DNA from: a virus
Direction: 5' to 3' (one strand)
Length of the DNA stretch: 64,000 bases
Virus record (IMG/VR): IMGVR_UViG_3300044904_000300
Span: 1-64,000 of that record
Shown in pieces: positions 1 through 9,039 of this stretch. Every line of letters starts with the position of its first letter. Within the stretch, counting starts at the first letter, position 1. A program made the translations under genes and the position numbers. The notes under the pieces were generated by a model. That model was not told the origin of the DNA. It searched no databases and saw only the letters and a list, made by a program, of their open reading frames with translations.

Positions 1-12
1 ATAGCTGCTGCG

Positions 13-483
13 ATGATATCGATACTCACGTTCTCGTATTTTATGGTGCGTCCGTATCGCGGATTGTATGACGTGGTGCAGCCGGTTCGGGTAATCACCA
101 ATCCCACCGAAGTCAGCACTCTTGCGGCGTATCAGATTCATTATTGTATCGATGGTGCGCTCCCTCTTCCTATTGCAATCAGTCGAGAGCTTGAACTGCA
201 GGGTCCCGACGGTATGGTGTTTCCTATCGCACCCATCGGCTACCTCATTACAGAACGTTGTGAAACTCGGACGTTCGCATTCGGCATTCCCGCATACGTT
301 CCGGTCGGCACGTATCATATTCACTTCATTACAAGTGTTCGGGTGAACCCTGTGCGAGAGATTCGGCAGAGGTTCGTATCGGAGAACTTTGAGATAGTGC
401 TGAATAAGGTGGCTACCGTGGCCGCCAAGAAAGTTGTCGATACGGCTACGCAAACCGCCAAAGACCTAAAAACGAAAAAGTAA
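13..483 (+). CDS. Hypothetical protein with hydrophobic N-terminus (may start upstream of the window)
   Basis: 156-aa ORF with a hydrophobic start; no recognised motif. Confidence 0.55.
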   Translation: MISILTFSYFMVRPYRGLYDVVQPVRVITNPTEVSTLAAYQIHYCIDGALPLPIAISRELELQGPDGMVFPIAPIGYLITERCETRTFAFGIPAYVPVGTYHIHFITSVRVNPVREIRQRFVSENFEIVLNKVATVAAKKVVDTATQTAKDLKTKK

Positions 484-484
484 C

Positions 485-513
485 TTGACTTCTCTGCGGT
501 AACTCTGTATACT
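485..513 (+). promoter_or_regulatory. Sigma70-like promoter for primase
   Basis: TTGACT-17 nt-TATACT, 10 nt upstream of the primase ATG. Confidence 0.75.
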
Positions 514-523
514 TGTTATCATT

Positions 524-1591
524 ATGAGCCTGTGGCTTGACGAGAAATTCCTGCGTCTTCTCTCCCCATCTTTGGACCACTTCGTCCAGAAGCATCCGCA
601 TGTTTTCAACTTTCGCTGCCCGTTGTGTGGGGATTCAGAACAGAACAAACATAAGGCTCGGGGCTACTGCTTCAATAAGGCAACCACGCTTATCTACAAG
701 TGCCATAATTGCGGTGTAGCTCTGCCATTCTCGGCGCTTTTGAAGCGTTCAAGTCGCCGGCTGTTTGATGAATACATGTTGGAGAAGCTAAAAGAAGCTC
801 CCCAGCCGAAGACGGACGAGGATGTGTTCTCAGATACGTTTGCGAACGTCACAGACGGGGCTACAACGCTATGCGCTCCGGGCCCTGGGTCTAAGCTCGT
901 TCCGTTATCTGACCCTTCTACGCGGACGCCAGGACCCTTGAATCCTGTGTATGAATATGCCCGAAAAAGACGTGTGCCGGATGAGCAGATGGGACGGCTT
1001 TGGGCAACAATCCACGCGCATACATACCTCTTACCGCTCGTTGGTGAGGACAAGGCTGCGAAGGTCAAAGACGGGGAACCATATCTCGTTTTGCCGCTCA
1101 CGATGACGAGTTCAGGGCATGGTTGGTATGGGGCGCAATTCCGTTTGCTCACGCGTAAAGAATATATCACATACAAGTGGAGCGAACGGGAAACGTTGAA
1201 GGTGTTCGGCCTTGACAAGTGGATTCCAGCGGAGACCACCTACATCGTAGAAGGTCCGCTTGACTCTCTGTTTGTGCCAAATGCTTTGGCGGCCTGCAGC
1301 GCCGATCTTTTAGGCGTAGCGCACATCATGGAAGCGCGTAATGTGATGGACCCACTGGACTCCCGGGTCTTCGTGTGGGACTCGGAGCCAAGAAATAAAG
1401 AGGTTGTGCGTCTCATGCGTAACGCGATTCGTTTGGGAGAACAGGTTGTTATTTGGCCAAAGGGATTTCCCAAAGATATCAATGACGCGGTATTACAAGG
1501 GATGACGCCCGAAGATGTATTTGCTCTTATTCGCAAACGGACCCATCAGGGCTTGCGAGCAGAACTTGAGTTCGCGTCGTGGCTGAGATAG
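524..1591 (+). CDS. gp61: T4-like DNA primase
   Basis: Zn ribbon FRCPLCGDS...YKCHNCG; TOPRIM motif YIVEGPLDSLF; WP..PKDINDAV. Confidence 0.93.
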   Translation: MSLWLDEKFLRLLSPSLDHFVQKHPHVFNFRCPLCGDSEQNKHKARGYCFNKATTLIYKCHNCGVALPFSALLKRSSRRLFDEYMLEKLKEAPQPKTDEDVFSDTFANVTDGATTLCAPGPGSKLVPLSDPSTRTPGPLNPVYEYARKRRVPDEQMGRLWATIHAHTYLLPLVGEDKAAKVKDGEPYLVLPLTMTSSGHGWYGAQFRLLTRKEYITYKWSERETLKVFGLDKWIPAETTYIVEGPLDSLFVPNALAACSADLLGVAHIMEARNVMDPLDSRVFVWDSEPRNKEVVRLMRNAIRLGEQVVIWPKGFPKDINDAVLQGMTPEDVFALIRKRTHQGLRAELEFASWLR

Positions 1592-1592
1592 T

Positions 1593-2060
1593 ATGTTGAT
1601 GCATAATCACCATATCATTCCAAAACATGCCGGCGGAACTGATGAGCCCGGCAACTTTATTCAACTTACCATACCAGAACATGCGGAAGCGCACCGACTG
1701 CTTTACGAACAATATGGCCGGTTAGGAGATAAATGCGCGTGGTTGATGTTATCTGGTAGAACAGATGCGGGTGAGTTGCTGATACAAGAGTTATCGCGGC
1801 GCGCCCCGAGGTCCGCAGAAGCTCGTACCAGAATGTCTTTGGCTAAAAGGGGAAATACGGACTGGACCGGTCGCAAGCACACTTGCGAAACTCGGGCAAA
1901 ACAGTCCAAAGCGAACAGGGGGCGTGTATTCTCTTCGGAACATCGCGCAAATTTGTCCGCTGCCAAAATGGGGAATAAGCATTTTCTTGGTCACAAACAT
2001 ACACCAGAATCAATAGAAAAAATGCGTGTTACTAAACGCGCTCTCAATAAAGGAACCTAA
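1593..2060 (+). CDS. HNH homing endonuclease with NUMOD3 repeats
   Basis: HHIIPKHAGGTDEPGN..LT..EHAEAH followed by NUMOD3-like repeats (KHTCETRAKQS, HKHTPESIEKM). Confidence 0.85.
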   Translation: MLMHNHHIIPKHAGGTDEPGNFIQLTIPEHAEAHRLLYEQYGRLGDKCAWLMLSGRTDAGELLIQELSRRAPRSAEARTRMSLAKRGNTDWTGRKHTCETRAKQSKANRGRVFSSEHRANLSAAKMGNKHFLGHKHTPESIEKMRVTKRALNKGT

Positions 2061-3725
2061 ATGAGTCCTAATATGAGCCCCGACATGTCCGCCTTCGCGC
2101 TCGACGTTATGGAGCACAAATACGCACATACAAAGAAGGACGGCACCAAAGAGACGTGGAAAGAGATTACGCAAAGAGTGACCAAGAATGTCATGCACGC
2201 CGTTGATGCAGAGAAGCCCCTTATTGAAAACATACAGCATCGGATCGAGACCCGCCAGTTCATGCCCGGTGGCCGGTATCTCTATGCGTCCGGGCGTCCC
2301 TATCACCAAACCCAGAACTGTTTGATGCTCCGAGCCACAGACTCGCGGGAGGGCTGGGCGGAATTGATGCACAACGCCAGCATGGCGCTGATGACCGGCG
2401 CAGGGATTGGCGTGGACTATACAGAGATTCGTGCGGAGGGCAAGCCCGTTCGTAAGACCGGTGGGTTTGCAACGGGTCCTATGGCGTTAATGCAGATGAT
2501 CAACGAAGCGGGCCGGGGGATTATGCAGGGAGGCTCTCGTCGCTCCGCTATTTGGGCGGGGCTGAACTGGAAGCACCCGGACATCCACAAGTTCATTCAG
2601 GCCAAGAATTGGATTCCCGAAGTGCGGGACCTCAAACTCAAAGACTTCAACTTTCCCGCAACGCTGGACGGAACGAACATTAGCGTTCAACTGGACGATG
2701 CGTTTTTTGCAGCGTATAACGACGAGAAGAACCCACTGCACGCGCAGGCCCAGGGCGTCTACTGGGCGGTGATCGAACGAATGCTGAAGACGGGAGAACC
2801 CGGGCTCAGCGTGGACGGCGGGAAGAACAACAAGGAAACGCTTCGTAATGCTTGCACAGAGGTGTGTTCTGCTGACGATTCTGACATTTGTAATCTTGGG
2901 TCGATTAATCTGGCGCGGATTGAAACGCTAGATGAGTTCAAGGAAGTCATGGATTGCGCGGTTGCGTTCCTGCTTGCAGGGACCGTGTATAGTGATGTCC
3001 CGTATTCTAAAGTAGATACCATCCGCACAAAGAACCGTCGTCTCGGGTTGGGGCTCATGGGCGTCCATGAGTGGCTGCTTTTGCGCGGGAAGCCCTATGG
3101 AAAAGATGACGAACTGGAATCCTACTTAGAGGCGTATGCGACAAGCACAGAGGTCGCAAAGAAGTATGCGGACGAGTGGGAAATCAGCGTTCCGATCAAG
3201 ACCCGAGCGATTGCTCCGACCGGAACCATCGGGATTGTAGCGGAGACGACGACGGGGATTGAACCCATCTTCTGTGCGGCATACAAGCGCCGGTATCTCA
3301 AGGGCAGCACTTGGAATTGGCAGTATGTGCTGGACCCAACTGCCAAGCGTTTGGTCGAGCACGGGATTGACCCCGAGAAGATTGAGGACGCCTATGCGCT
3401 GTCCAGTTCGTTTGAGGATGTTGAGCGTCGTCTTGCGTTTCAAGCATGGATGCAGACTTATGTGGATCATGGGATTTCGTCTACAATCAACTTACCCGCA
3501 TGGGGTTCTGAGGTCAATAATGCGGGACGAATGCAGGAGTTTGGTCATCGGTTGATGAAGCATCTTCCGAAGCTCCGAGGGATTACATGCTACCCTGACG
3601 GAGCGCGTGGGGGTCAGCCGATCACCGCAGTTTCATACCGAGCCGCGGCGAAGCACGTCGGTGAGATTTTTGTTGAGTCAACGGATGTTTGCGATTTGAC
3701 GCGGGGAGGTAGTTGTGGGGCGTAA
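2061..3725 (+). CDS. nrdJ: Ribonucleotide reductase, class II (B12-dependent) type
   Basis: FMPGGRYL, TQNC, RRSA, RNACTE (N-x-C-x-E), CNLGSIN, APTGT, ISSTINLP; C-terminal C..GGSCG; no beta subunit in the window. Confidence 0.88.
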   Translation: MSPNMSPDMSAFALDVMEHKYAHTKKDGTKETWKEITQRVTKNVMHAVDAEKPLIENIQHRIETRQFMPGGRYLYASGRPYHQTQNCLMLRATDSREGWAELMHNASMALMTGAGIGVDYTEIRAEGKPVRKTGGFATGPMALMQMINEAGRGIMQGGSRRSAIWAGLNWKHPDIHKFIQAKNWIPEVRDLKLKDFNFPATLDGTNISVQLDDAFFAAYNDEKNPLHAQAQGVYWAVIERMLKTGEPGLSVDGGKNNKETLRNACTEVCSADDSDICNLGSINLARIETLDEFKEVMDCAVAFLLAGTVYSDVPYSKVDTIRTKNRRLGLGLMGVHEWLLLRGKPYGKDDELESYLEAYATSTEVAKKYADEWEISVPIKTRAIAPTGTIGIVAETTTGIEPIFCAAYKRRYLKGSTWNWQYVLDPTAKRLVEHGIDPEKIEDAYALSSSFEDVERRLAFQAWMQTYVDHGISSTINLPAWGSEVNNAGRMQEFGHRLMKHLPKLRGITCYPDGARGGQPITAVSYRAAAKHVGEIFVESTDVCDLTRGGSCGA

Positions 3726-3912
3726 TGATATGTTCAAACGAATCATCGAGTGTGAGGAATGCGGGAACGATGCGACGGTCTATACGGAGGCGAAAGAGGA
3801 AATCGCGTTCTGCCCATTCTGCGGAGAAGTCATCGTCGCGGACACCGATATGGAAGATGCAGACGAAGAGGACATGGACGAAGATGAGGATTGGCCTGAA
3901 AGTGGTTGCTAG
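3715..3912 (+). CDS. Small Zn-ribbon protein with acidic tail
   Basis: CEECG...CPFCGE followed by a D/E-rich C-terminus; sits directly after the RNR gene. Confidence 0.7.
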   Translation: MGRNDMFKRIIECEECGNDATVYTEAKEEIAFCPFCGEVIVADTDMEDADEEDMDEDEDWPESGC

Positions 3913-3924
3913 CTAAGTATCCGT

Positions 3925-4905
3925 ATGGATACATTACTTGAATCGCCGTATGGACATTGGGACACCGATAAGGTGGGCGAATTTAATGACGCCGACTTTT
4001 GGGGATTTGTGTATGAAATAGAACAGGTGTCTACCGGCCGGTGTTATATTGGTCGTAAGCAATTTAAATTCAAGCGCAAGAAGACGCTTAAAAATAAGAG
4101 TAAAACAAAAGAGTCAGATTGGAGATGGTATCGGTCGTCTAGTGAATTGGTTCAGTCGCTTATAGAGGAAACGGGACCCGAAGATTTTGAGTTCAGAATT
4201 CTTAAACTCTGTTCCGGTAAGTGTGAGTTGAATTATGAAGAAGAAAGCCTCCAACGGGAACGTGACGTTTTACGAGCCAAATTGCCTGATGGTACTCGCA
4301 AATATCTGAACAATTGTATTGGCTATAAGAATTTTGCTGGACTTGAAAAACAGACAGAAGAAACCAAACGCAAGCAGTCGTCTTCTAAAATGAAAGATAT
4401 GACGGGCCAAGTGTTTGGGATGCTAACTGTTTGCAAACAGGACATCTCTAAAGCAACTGGACAAGGCGTATTTTGGATATGTAAATGTTCTTGCGGGCAA
4501 GAAACCAGTGTCCGTGGCGGAAAATTGCGTTCGGGTCACACACGCAGTTGTGGTTGTTATCGTTCTGTGCGTGTAATTACCGATGAACACAGACACCGAA
4601 TTAGTTTGGCCAATTCTGGGCGGGTGTGTTCGGACGAAACTAAAAAGTTAATGAGTGATGCGTGGACAGATGAACGTCGAGCCGAGGTCGCGGAAGCAAA
4701 TAAGACAAGAATGACTCCTGAGGTCCGCGAACACTGTCGTCAAGCAAAACTAGGAATTCCACTTTCCGATGAGCATAAGTCTGCTTTAAGTGCGGCCCAC
4801 CAAGACCACTTTTGGTGGAACAACGGTGCTGAGTGCCGGCGCGGTCCAGAATGCCCCGGTGACGGATGGACTGCCGGGCGCCTCTCCCGCAGAACTCCTA
4901 AATAG
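3925..4905 (+). CDS. GIY-YIG homing endonuclease with additional DNA-binding modules
   Basis: GFVYEI...CYIGRKQF...ESDWRWYRSS; DMTGQVFGMLTV..W.CKCSCG module; NUMOD3 repeats. Confidence 0.82.
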   Translation: MDTLLESPYGHWDTDKVGEFNDADFWGFVYEIEQVSTGRCYIGRKQFKFKRKKTLKNKSKTKESDWRWYRSSSELVQSLIEETGPEDFEFRILKLCSGKCELNYEEESLQRERDVLRAKLPDGTRKYLNNCIGYKNFAGLEKQTEETKRKQSSSKMKDMTGQVFGMLTVCKQDISKATGQGVFWICKCSCGQETSVRGGKLRSGHTRSCGCYRSVRVITDEHRHRISLANSGRVCSDETKKLMSDAWTDERRAEVAEANKTRMTPEVREHCRQAKLGIPLSDEHKSALSAAHQDHFWWNNGAECRRGPECPGDGWTAGRLSRRTPK

Positions 4906-4931
4906 TAGACCTCTTATACCGTTCTTTCCTG

Positions 4932-4960
4932 TTGACAACAGTGGGAGAGTGTGGGATAAT
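4932..4960 (+). promoter_or_regulatory. Sigma70-like promoter upstream of the lysozyme
   Basis: TTGACA-17 nt-GATAAT with an extended TGTG element. Confidence 0.75.
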
Positions 4961-4972
4961 AGGATAACACAC

Positions 4973-5014
4973 AAACCCCGGCGCTGAATTCTCAACGACC
5001 GGGTTTTCTATTTT
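4973..5014 (+). terminator. Hairpin plus U-run in the lysozyme leader (attenuator-like)
   Basis: AAACCCCGG...CCGGGTTTT followed by CTATTTT, just before the SD AGGAGG. Confidence 0.55.
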
Positions 5015-5024
5015 AGGAGGTTAC

Positions 5025-5711
5025 ATGCGTCGATTCTTAGCGCGTGTCCTTCTGGCAGTCGGATGCGTTCTCTTCGCTCATGCGGCAATCGCACAGGAAC
5101 AAGAGCCTGAGTTATTGCCGTCGCGTGTGATCGAGTTCGTTGGTGTTCCGGCATTTCCAGAAGTGGCTACGCTATCACTATCAGCAACGCAGCAAACGAT
5201 GTCGGAGAAAGGCATCGAAGTGCTTAAGGTGTTTGAGTCATTCCGGGCTCGTGCGTATCGGGACGGGGGAGGTGGCTACTCCATCGGTTACGGCTTTCAA
5301 ACATGGAAGGGTCGTCGTGTGACGCTGCGTTATCCTGGCCGCGTGACACAGGTTCAGGCTGACGCGGAACTACAGCGTCAACTTGAGACCTATGTGGGTA
5401 TCGTGCTGGATGTGAGCACGGACCTTCCACAAGAAGCGTTTGATGCGTTTGTCAGTATTGCCTATAACCTCGGACGGGTGAACAACACCATCTGTTACAA
5501 GGTGACCCATCAGCTTCCCATTACGGTTCGGGATTTCCTGTCTACCGCGAAGGTGCGGAATCGGACCGACTGGCGGCTCCAGGGTCGTCGGACTCGGGAG
5601 TTCTTAATGATGTTGGGCGACTACGAGGCCGCGATGGCTCCTGTGGAATCTCCGCATGAGGTACGGGCGACGATGGCTGCGTTAGCCAAGCGTCCTGTCC
5701 ATTTGTTCTAG
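5025..5711 (+). CDS. GH24 (T4-lysozyme-like) endolysin with N-terminal signal peptide
   Basis: FESFRARAYRDGGGGYSIGYG catalytic motif; FDAFVSIAYNLG; L..RRTRE; signal peptide MRRFLARVLLAVGCVLFAHAAIA. Confidence 0.85.
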   Translation: MRRFLARVLLAVGCVLFAHAAIAQEQEPELLPSRVIEFVGVPAFPEVATLSLSATQQTMSEKGIEVLKVFESFRARAYRDGGGGYSIGYGFQTWKGRRVTLRYPGRVTQVQADAELQRQLETYVGIVLDVSTDLPQEAFDAFVSIAYNLGRVNNTICYKVTHQLPITVRDFLSTAKVRNRTDWRLQGRRTREFLMMLGDYEAAMAPVESPHEVRATMAALAKRPVHLF

Positions 5712-5718
5712 GAGTGTT

Positions 5719-6330
5719 ATGGAAATCGTGAAGGCGTCTGCGATGTTGCTTGACGAAGAGCCAGAGGGCGACCCCTGGCTCCGCCGACTTGAGTATTATG
5801 GGCGGATAAGCTGGAAGTCCGAGGACAAGATTACTGATGAGTCCGCCCCGCGGTTCATCAAGATGCTGCGGGATGTTGGGCATGAGTCTGTGCTGGAGCA
5901 TGTCTCGCTATCCGTCAAGTTCGTGGTGGACCGAGGCGTGTCGCATGAGATCGTGCGGCACCGGATTGCGTCTTATACGCAGGAAAGCACAAGATACTGC
6001 AACTACAAGAAGAAGGGTGTAGTGTTCATCGAGCCACCACTCCCCGACGATGACGCCAGAAAGCTCTGGTTTCATTCCGTATCTGTGGCGGAAGCTACAT
6101 ACCTTAACATGCTGGATCGGGGCATCTCGCCGCAAATTGCTCGGTCCGTGCTTCCCAATAGTCTCAAGACGGAACTGTTTATGACTGCCAATCTTCGGGA
6201 GTGGCGGCACTTCTTTAAGCTCCGTACCGCAAAAGAAGCTCATCCACAAATGCGAGAAGTGACGATTCCGCTTTTGCGACAGTTTCAGTCGGCAGTCCCG
6301 GTTGTCTTTGATGACATTACTGTAGAGTAA
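5719..6330 (+). CDS. thyX: Flavin-dependent thymidylate synthase
   Basis: HESVLEH, SHEIVRHRIASYTQESTRY, ARSVLPN, NLREWRHF..LR...AHPQMR. Confidence 0.96.
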   Translation: MEIVKASAMLLDEEPEGDPWLRRLEYYGRISWKSEDKITDESAPRFIKMLRDVGHESVLEHVSLSVKFVVDRGVSHEIVRHRIASYTQESTRYCNYKKKGVVFIEPPLPDDDARKLWFHSVSVAEATYLNMLDRGISPQIARSVLPNSLKTELFMTANLREWRHFFKLRTAKEAHPQMREVTIPLLRQFQSAVPVVFDDITVE

Positions 6331-6382
6331 CATGAGCGGATGAATTCGTCGTCGTAACTATCATAAATATGGCGGCCTAAAT

Positions 6383-6838
6383 ATGTCCATACTTACGACT
6401 ATTTGGAACTGGCTCAAGAAACTATGGAGTTGGTTTCGCGGACAGCCCACCCAGGCGGTTGGATTTCGTTGGACGATAGATACAGGTGCAACAGTCACCT
6501 TAGGAGAAAACGGTATGCCTTTGCTTCTCACCGATACACAGAAAGTCACTCTCAGCATTCAGCCCGTAGACGCAAAGGGATTTGCGGCCAAGGTGGATGG
6601 CGTTCCCGTATGGAGCGTATCGGACCCCACTATTGGTGGTATCGCAATCGTTGATGCGAACACCGGATTGAGCGCCGTGTTTACTGCGCTTCTTCCAGGC
6701 GTATGTCAGGTCAATGTGACCGCAGACGCAGACCTTGGACCTGGTGTGACGAGTATTTCAGGAACGCTTGACGTTCAGGTTGAACCGGGCCAGGCAGTTT
6801 CATTGAGCATTACGGCTGGTGCTCCGGTCGCTCAGTAA
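6383..6838 (+). CDS. Hypothetical protein: Trp-rich amphipathic N-helix plus Ig-like beta domain
   Basis: MSILTTIWNWLKKLWSWFRG followed by a beta-rich region; late promoter motifs ATAAATA (6363) and CTAAATA (6377). Confidence 0.65.
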   Translation: MSILTTIWNWLKKLWSWFRGQPTQAVGFRWTIDTGATVTLGENGMPLLLTDTQKVTLSIQPVDAKGFAAKVDGVPVWSVSDPTIGGIAIVDANTGLSAVFTALLPGVCQVNVTADADLGPGVTSISGTLDVQVEPGQAVSLSITAGAPVAQ

Positions 6839-6866
6839 CGATCGGTAAAATAGATAGAAAGGTATC

Positions 6867-7079
6867 ATGGGGCTTATTGCTTTGTTGGTGTTCATCGTCA
6901 TTGTCGTTGTGTGCGGATACTGTGCAATCTGGTTTCTTAAATGGATTGCGCCAAGTCATCCTGACATCATTGACAAACTTATCTGGGCATTGGTGGTGGG
7001 AATTTGTCTCATACGAGTTGCCCAGGCGGTTGGTTTGGTAGGACAGGACATTCAGGTGCCCCATATCCCCTATCATTAA
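6867..7079 (+). CDS. Small two-TM membrane protein
   Basis: SD GAAAGG; two hydrophobic segments. Confidence 0.65.
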   Translation: MGLIALLVFIVIVVVCGYCAIWFLKWIAPSHPDIIDKLIWALVVGICLIRVAQAVGLVGQDIQVPHIPYH

Positions 7080-7095
7080 ATAGTTACAACAAATT

Positions 7096-7773
7096 ATGAA
7101 AACTCTATTTCTTTTGATAGCGTTTGTGATGTGCCTCGGTCTCTCGGCCGAGGCACAAATCGTGTACAACCCGACGCTGGTCGAGTTCGACTCGCCGGAC
7201 CATGCGTCACTTTCTTACTATGTGGTGGAGTTCTGGCTTTCGACGGCTCCGCAAGTGGGCACGCCCGTTCAAGCTATTAGCGTTCCCGTCTCTAAGGTGA
7301 CAGTCGCTTCTATTGGGCCACCCATCCAGTATCAAATTCTGTTTACGGACATCCCCATCTACGTGCCCTTCGGGTCGAGTTACGTAGTGGACTTGATGGC
7401 TTGCACGAACACTTCATGCAGCGGAAGAAGTCCCGTGTCCGCGCAGAACGCTCGATATTCAACGTGCGTCTCCAGTTCCACGACGCTCACGCTGATGACG
7501 TTGACGCAGGGAGCTATCACCACAGGTCCGTATAATGGGTATGTGGCGATTCCGTTGACTATCGCTTCCTATCGACCGGTGCATTATGTCTCGATTGCCT
7601 TGACAGGTTCAGGATTGCCGGCGTTCTACTTTACGGGCTTTGACCTGCGAGGCTCACCAAACTTTACGATTGGTCCGCTGAAGCATAGGGGTCGCTTCCT
7701 CGTCAACATCTACGTCATGGACGAATCGGGATGTTCGGCACAGCAGGCGTCTCAGTATATCACGGTGCAATAA
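7096..7773 (+). CDS. Secreted beta-rich hypothetical protein
   Basis: Signal peptide MKTLFLLIAFVMCLGLSAEA; Cys pairs. Confidence 0.65.
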   Translation: MKTLFLLIAFVMCLGLSAEAQIVYNPTLVEFDSPDHASLSYYVVEFWLSTAPQVGTPVQAISVPVSKVTVASIGPPIQYQILFTDIPIYVPFGSSYVVDLMACTNTSCSGRSPVSAQNARYSTCVSSSTTLTLMTLTQGAITTGPYNGYVAIPLTIASYRPVHYVSIALTGSGLPAFYFTGFDLRGSPNFTIGPLKHRGRFLVNIYVMDESGCSAQQASQYITVQ

Positions 7774-7892
7774 TGAGAACCATTCGTATTTTGATTCTTA
7801 CCATTCTTCTGTTGCTTGGATGTTCCGGCGGGGGCATTTCAGCGGCGACACCTCCCGCGGCCCCTCAAAACGTTCATATAATCATCTGGTAG
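7773..7892 (+). CDS. 39-aa lipoprotein-like peptide (below the ORF-track cutoff)
   Basis: TAATG overlap with the upstream gene; MRTIRILILTILLLLGCSGG lipobox-like sequence. Confidence 0.5.
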   Translation: MRTIRILILTILLLLGCSGGGISAATPPAAPQNVHIIIW

Positions 7893-7921
7893 ACTATATA
7901 CCGGCACACTCAAAATAATAC

Positions 7922-7950
7922 TTGACAACGGCAGAATGCTGTGTTATACT
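7922..7950 (+). promoter_or_regulatory. Sigma70-like promoter heading the tRNA region
   Basis: TTGACA-17 nt-TATACT. Confidence 0.8.
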
Positions 7951-7966
7951 GTATTCCGCAATGAAG

Positions 7967-8078
7967 TTTGAACGGTCGAGGCCAAGATGTCCCGTATTGA
8001 GAACGTTAGACGTTCATAAACAGGGACCCGGTGTGGCAGGAGAAGTGGAACAGCCGTTGAGTGTTCCCGCCGTTCAAA
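7967..8078 (+). ncRNA. Unidentified Y-shaped structured RNA
   Basis: 9-bp closing helix TTTGAACGG/CCGTTCAAA; inner helices GTCCC/GGGAC and GGAACA/TGTTCC plus a GAACG/CGTTC hairpin; no ORF. Confidence 0.5.
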
Positions 8079-8085
8079 GAGTTTG

Positions 8086-8161
8086 GGTGTTGAGGACGAA
8101 CAGCAGAGTCGCCGGCCTGTCACGTCGGCAATAGCGGGGGCAGCACCCGTCAACACCGCCA
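8086..8161 (+). tRNA. tRNA-Asp(GTC), atypical T-loop GGCAGCA
   Basis: GGTGTTG/CAACACC acceptor, CCGGC-CTGTCAC-GTCGG, G73-CCA. Confidence 0.85.
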
Positions 8162-8196
8162 TATTGTGGAGTAGTCGTGGATACTAAATAATTTGT

Positions 8197-8778
8197 ATGG
8201 AAAACACAGATTATAAGGTATCCACCGAATACGATGGAAGACAGCGAAAGTTATTTCTTCGATGTTTATGTGAGGTGTGTGGTAATGAAATCTGGGCGCC
8301 CAAATACCGGTCGCGCAAGTTTTGTTCTTTGGAGTGTGCTGCGGCATCACGTAAAATAACGAAAGTTTTGGTATCATGCCATACTTGCGGTAAAACATTT
8401 TGGAAGTATCCTCGGTGTATTACAAAAAGTAACTCGGGGTTGTTCTTTTGCTCACGTAAATGTAAAGAATACGCGCAAAGTTTGGCGGGAGGCTGTAAAG
8501 AAATACAACCTGCACACTATGGAACGGGAAGTGGGTTAGAGCAATACCGCAACAATGCTTTCTGTGAATATGGTAAGGTATGTTGCGATTGCAAAGAGGC
8601 GCGAGAGCATTTACTTCAGGTGCATCACATCGATGGTGTGCGTGTGCATAACGACATTAAAAACCTTGAGGTTGTTTGTCCGACCTGTCACGTTCGTCGG
8701 CATTTGCGGTTACTTGACGGTCGTTGGGTGATGGATTTTAGGGGTCTGACGCCAAGAGAAATGTTGCAGAGTTTATAA
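8197..8778 (+). CDS. HNH endonuclease with N-terminal Cys repeats
   Basis: Several CxxC/FCS.EC motifs; LQVHHIDG..HNDIKNLEVVCPTCH..RH; late promoter CTAAATA at 8184. Confidence 0.85.
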   Translation: MENTDYKVSTEYDGRQRKLFLRCLCEVCGNEIWAPKYRSRKFCSLECAAASRKITKVLVSCHTCGKTFWKYPRCITKSNSGLFFCSRKCKEYAQSLAGGCKEIQPAHYGTGSGLEQYRNNAFCEYGKVCCDCKEAREHLLQVHHIDGVRVHNDIKNLEVVCPTCHVRRHLRLLDGRWVMDFRGLTPREMLQSL

Positions 8779-8784
8779 AATTGT

Positions 8785-8859
8785 GGGCCTTTGATGTTAA
8801 TGGGAGCATGAAACCCTTGCAAGGTTTTCGCGTCGGTTCGACCCCGACAAGGTCCACCA
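8785..8859 (+). tRNA. tRNA-Ala(TGC)
   Basis: GGGCCTT/AAGGTCC acceptor with G3:U70; AAACC-CTTGCAA-GGTTT; ACCA end. Confidence 0.9.
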
Positions 8860-8866
8860 ACAAGCT

Positions 8867-9008
8867 GCCGGAGATACAGGTGCAAGTCCTGTTCCTTTAC
8901 CTACGGGCGGGGTAGCATAAGAGTAATGCGCCGGCTAAAGGGGAAATGCGGGTTCGAATCCCGCTCCGAGGGAAACCCCCGAGGATCGTCTAAAGGGAAG
9001 GACACCCC
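8867..9008 (+). pseudogene. Cluster of degenerate tRNA fragments
   Basis: Isolated T-arm ACAGG-TGCAAGT-CCTGT; decayed body with GCGGG-TTCGAAT-CCCGC; 5' half GGATCGTCTAAAGGGAAGGAC. Confidence 0.55.
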
Positions 9009-9039
9009 AGTTTATTACGAGCAACACGCTAAAGGAATT

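Noticed and set aside
7967-8078. 5S rRNA call
   Set aside because: Size and topology are similar, but the conserved loop C and loop E sequences are absent.
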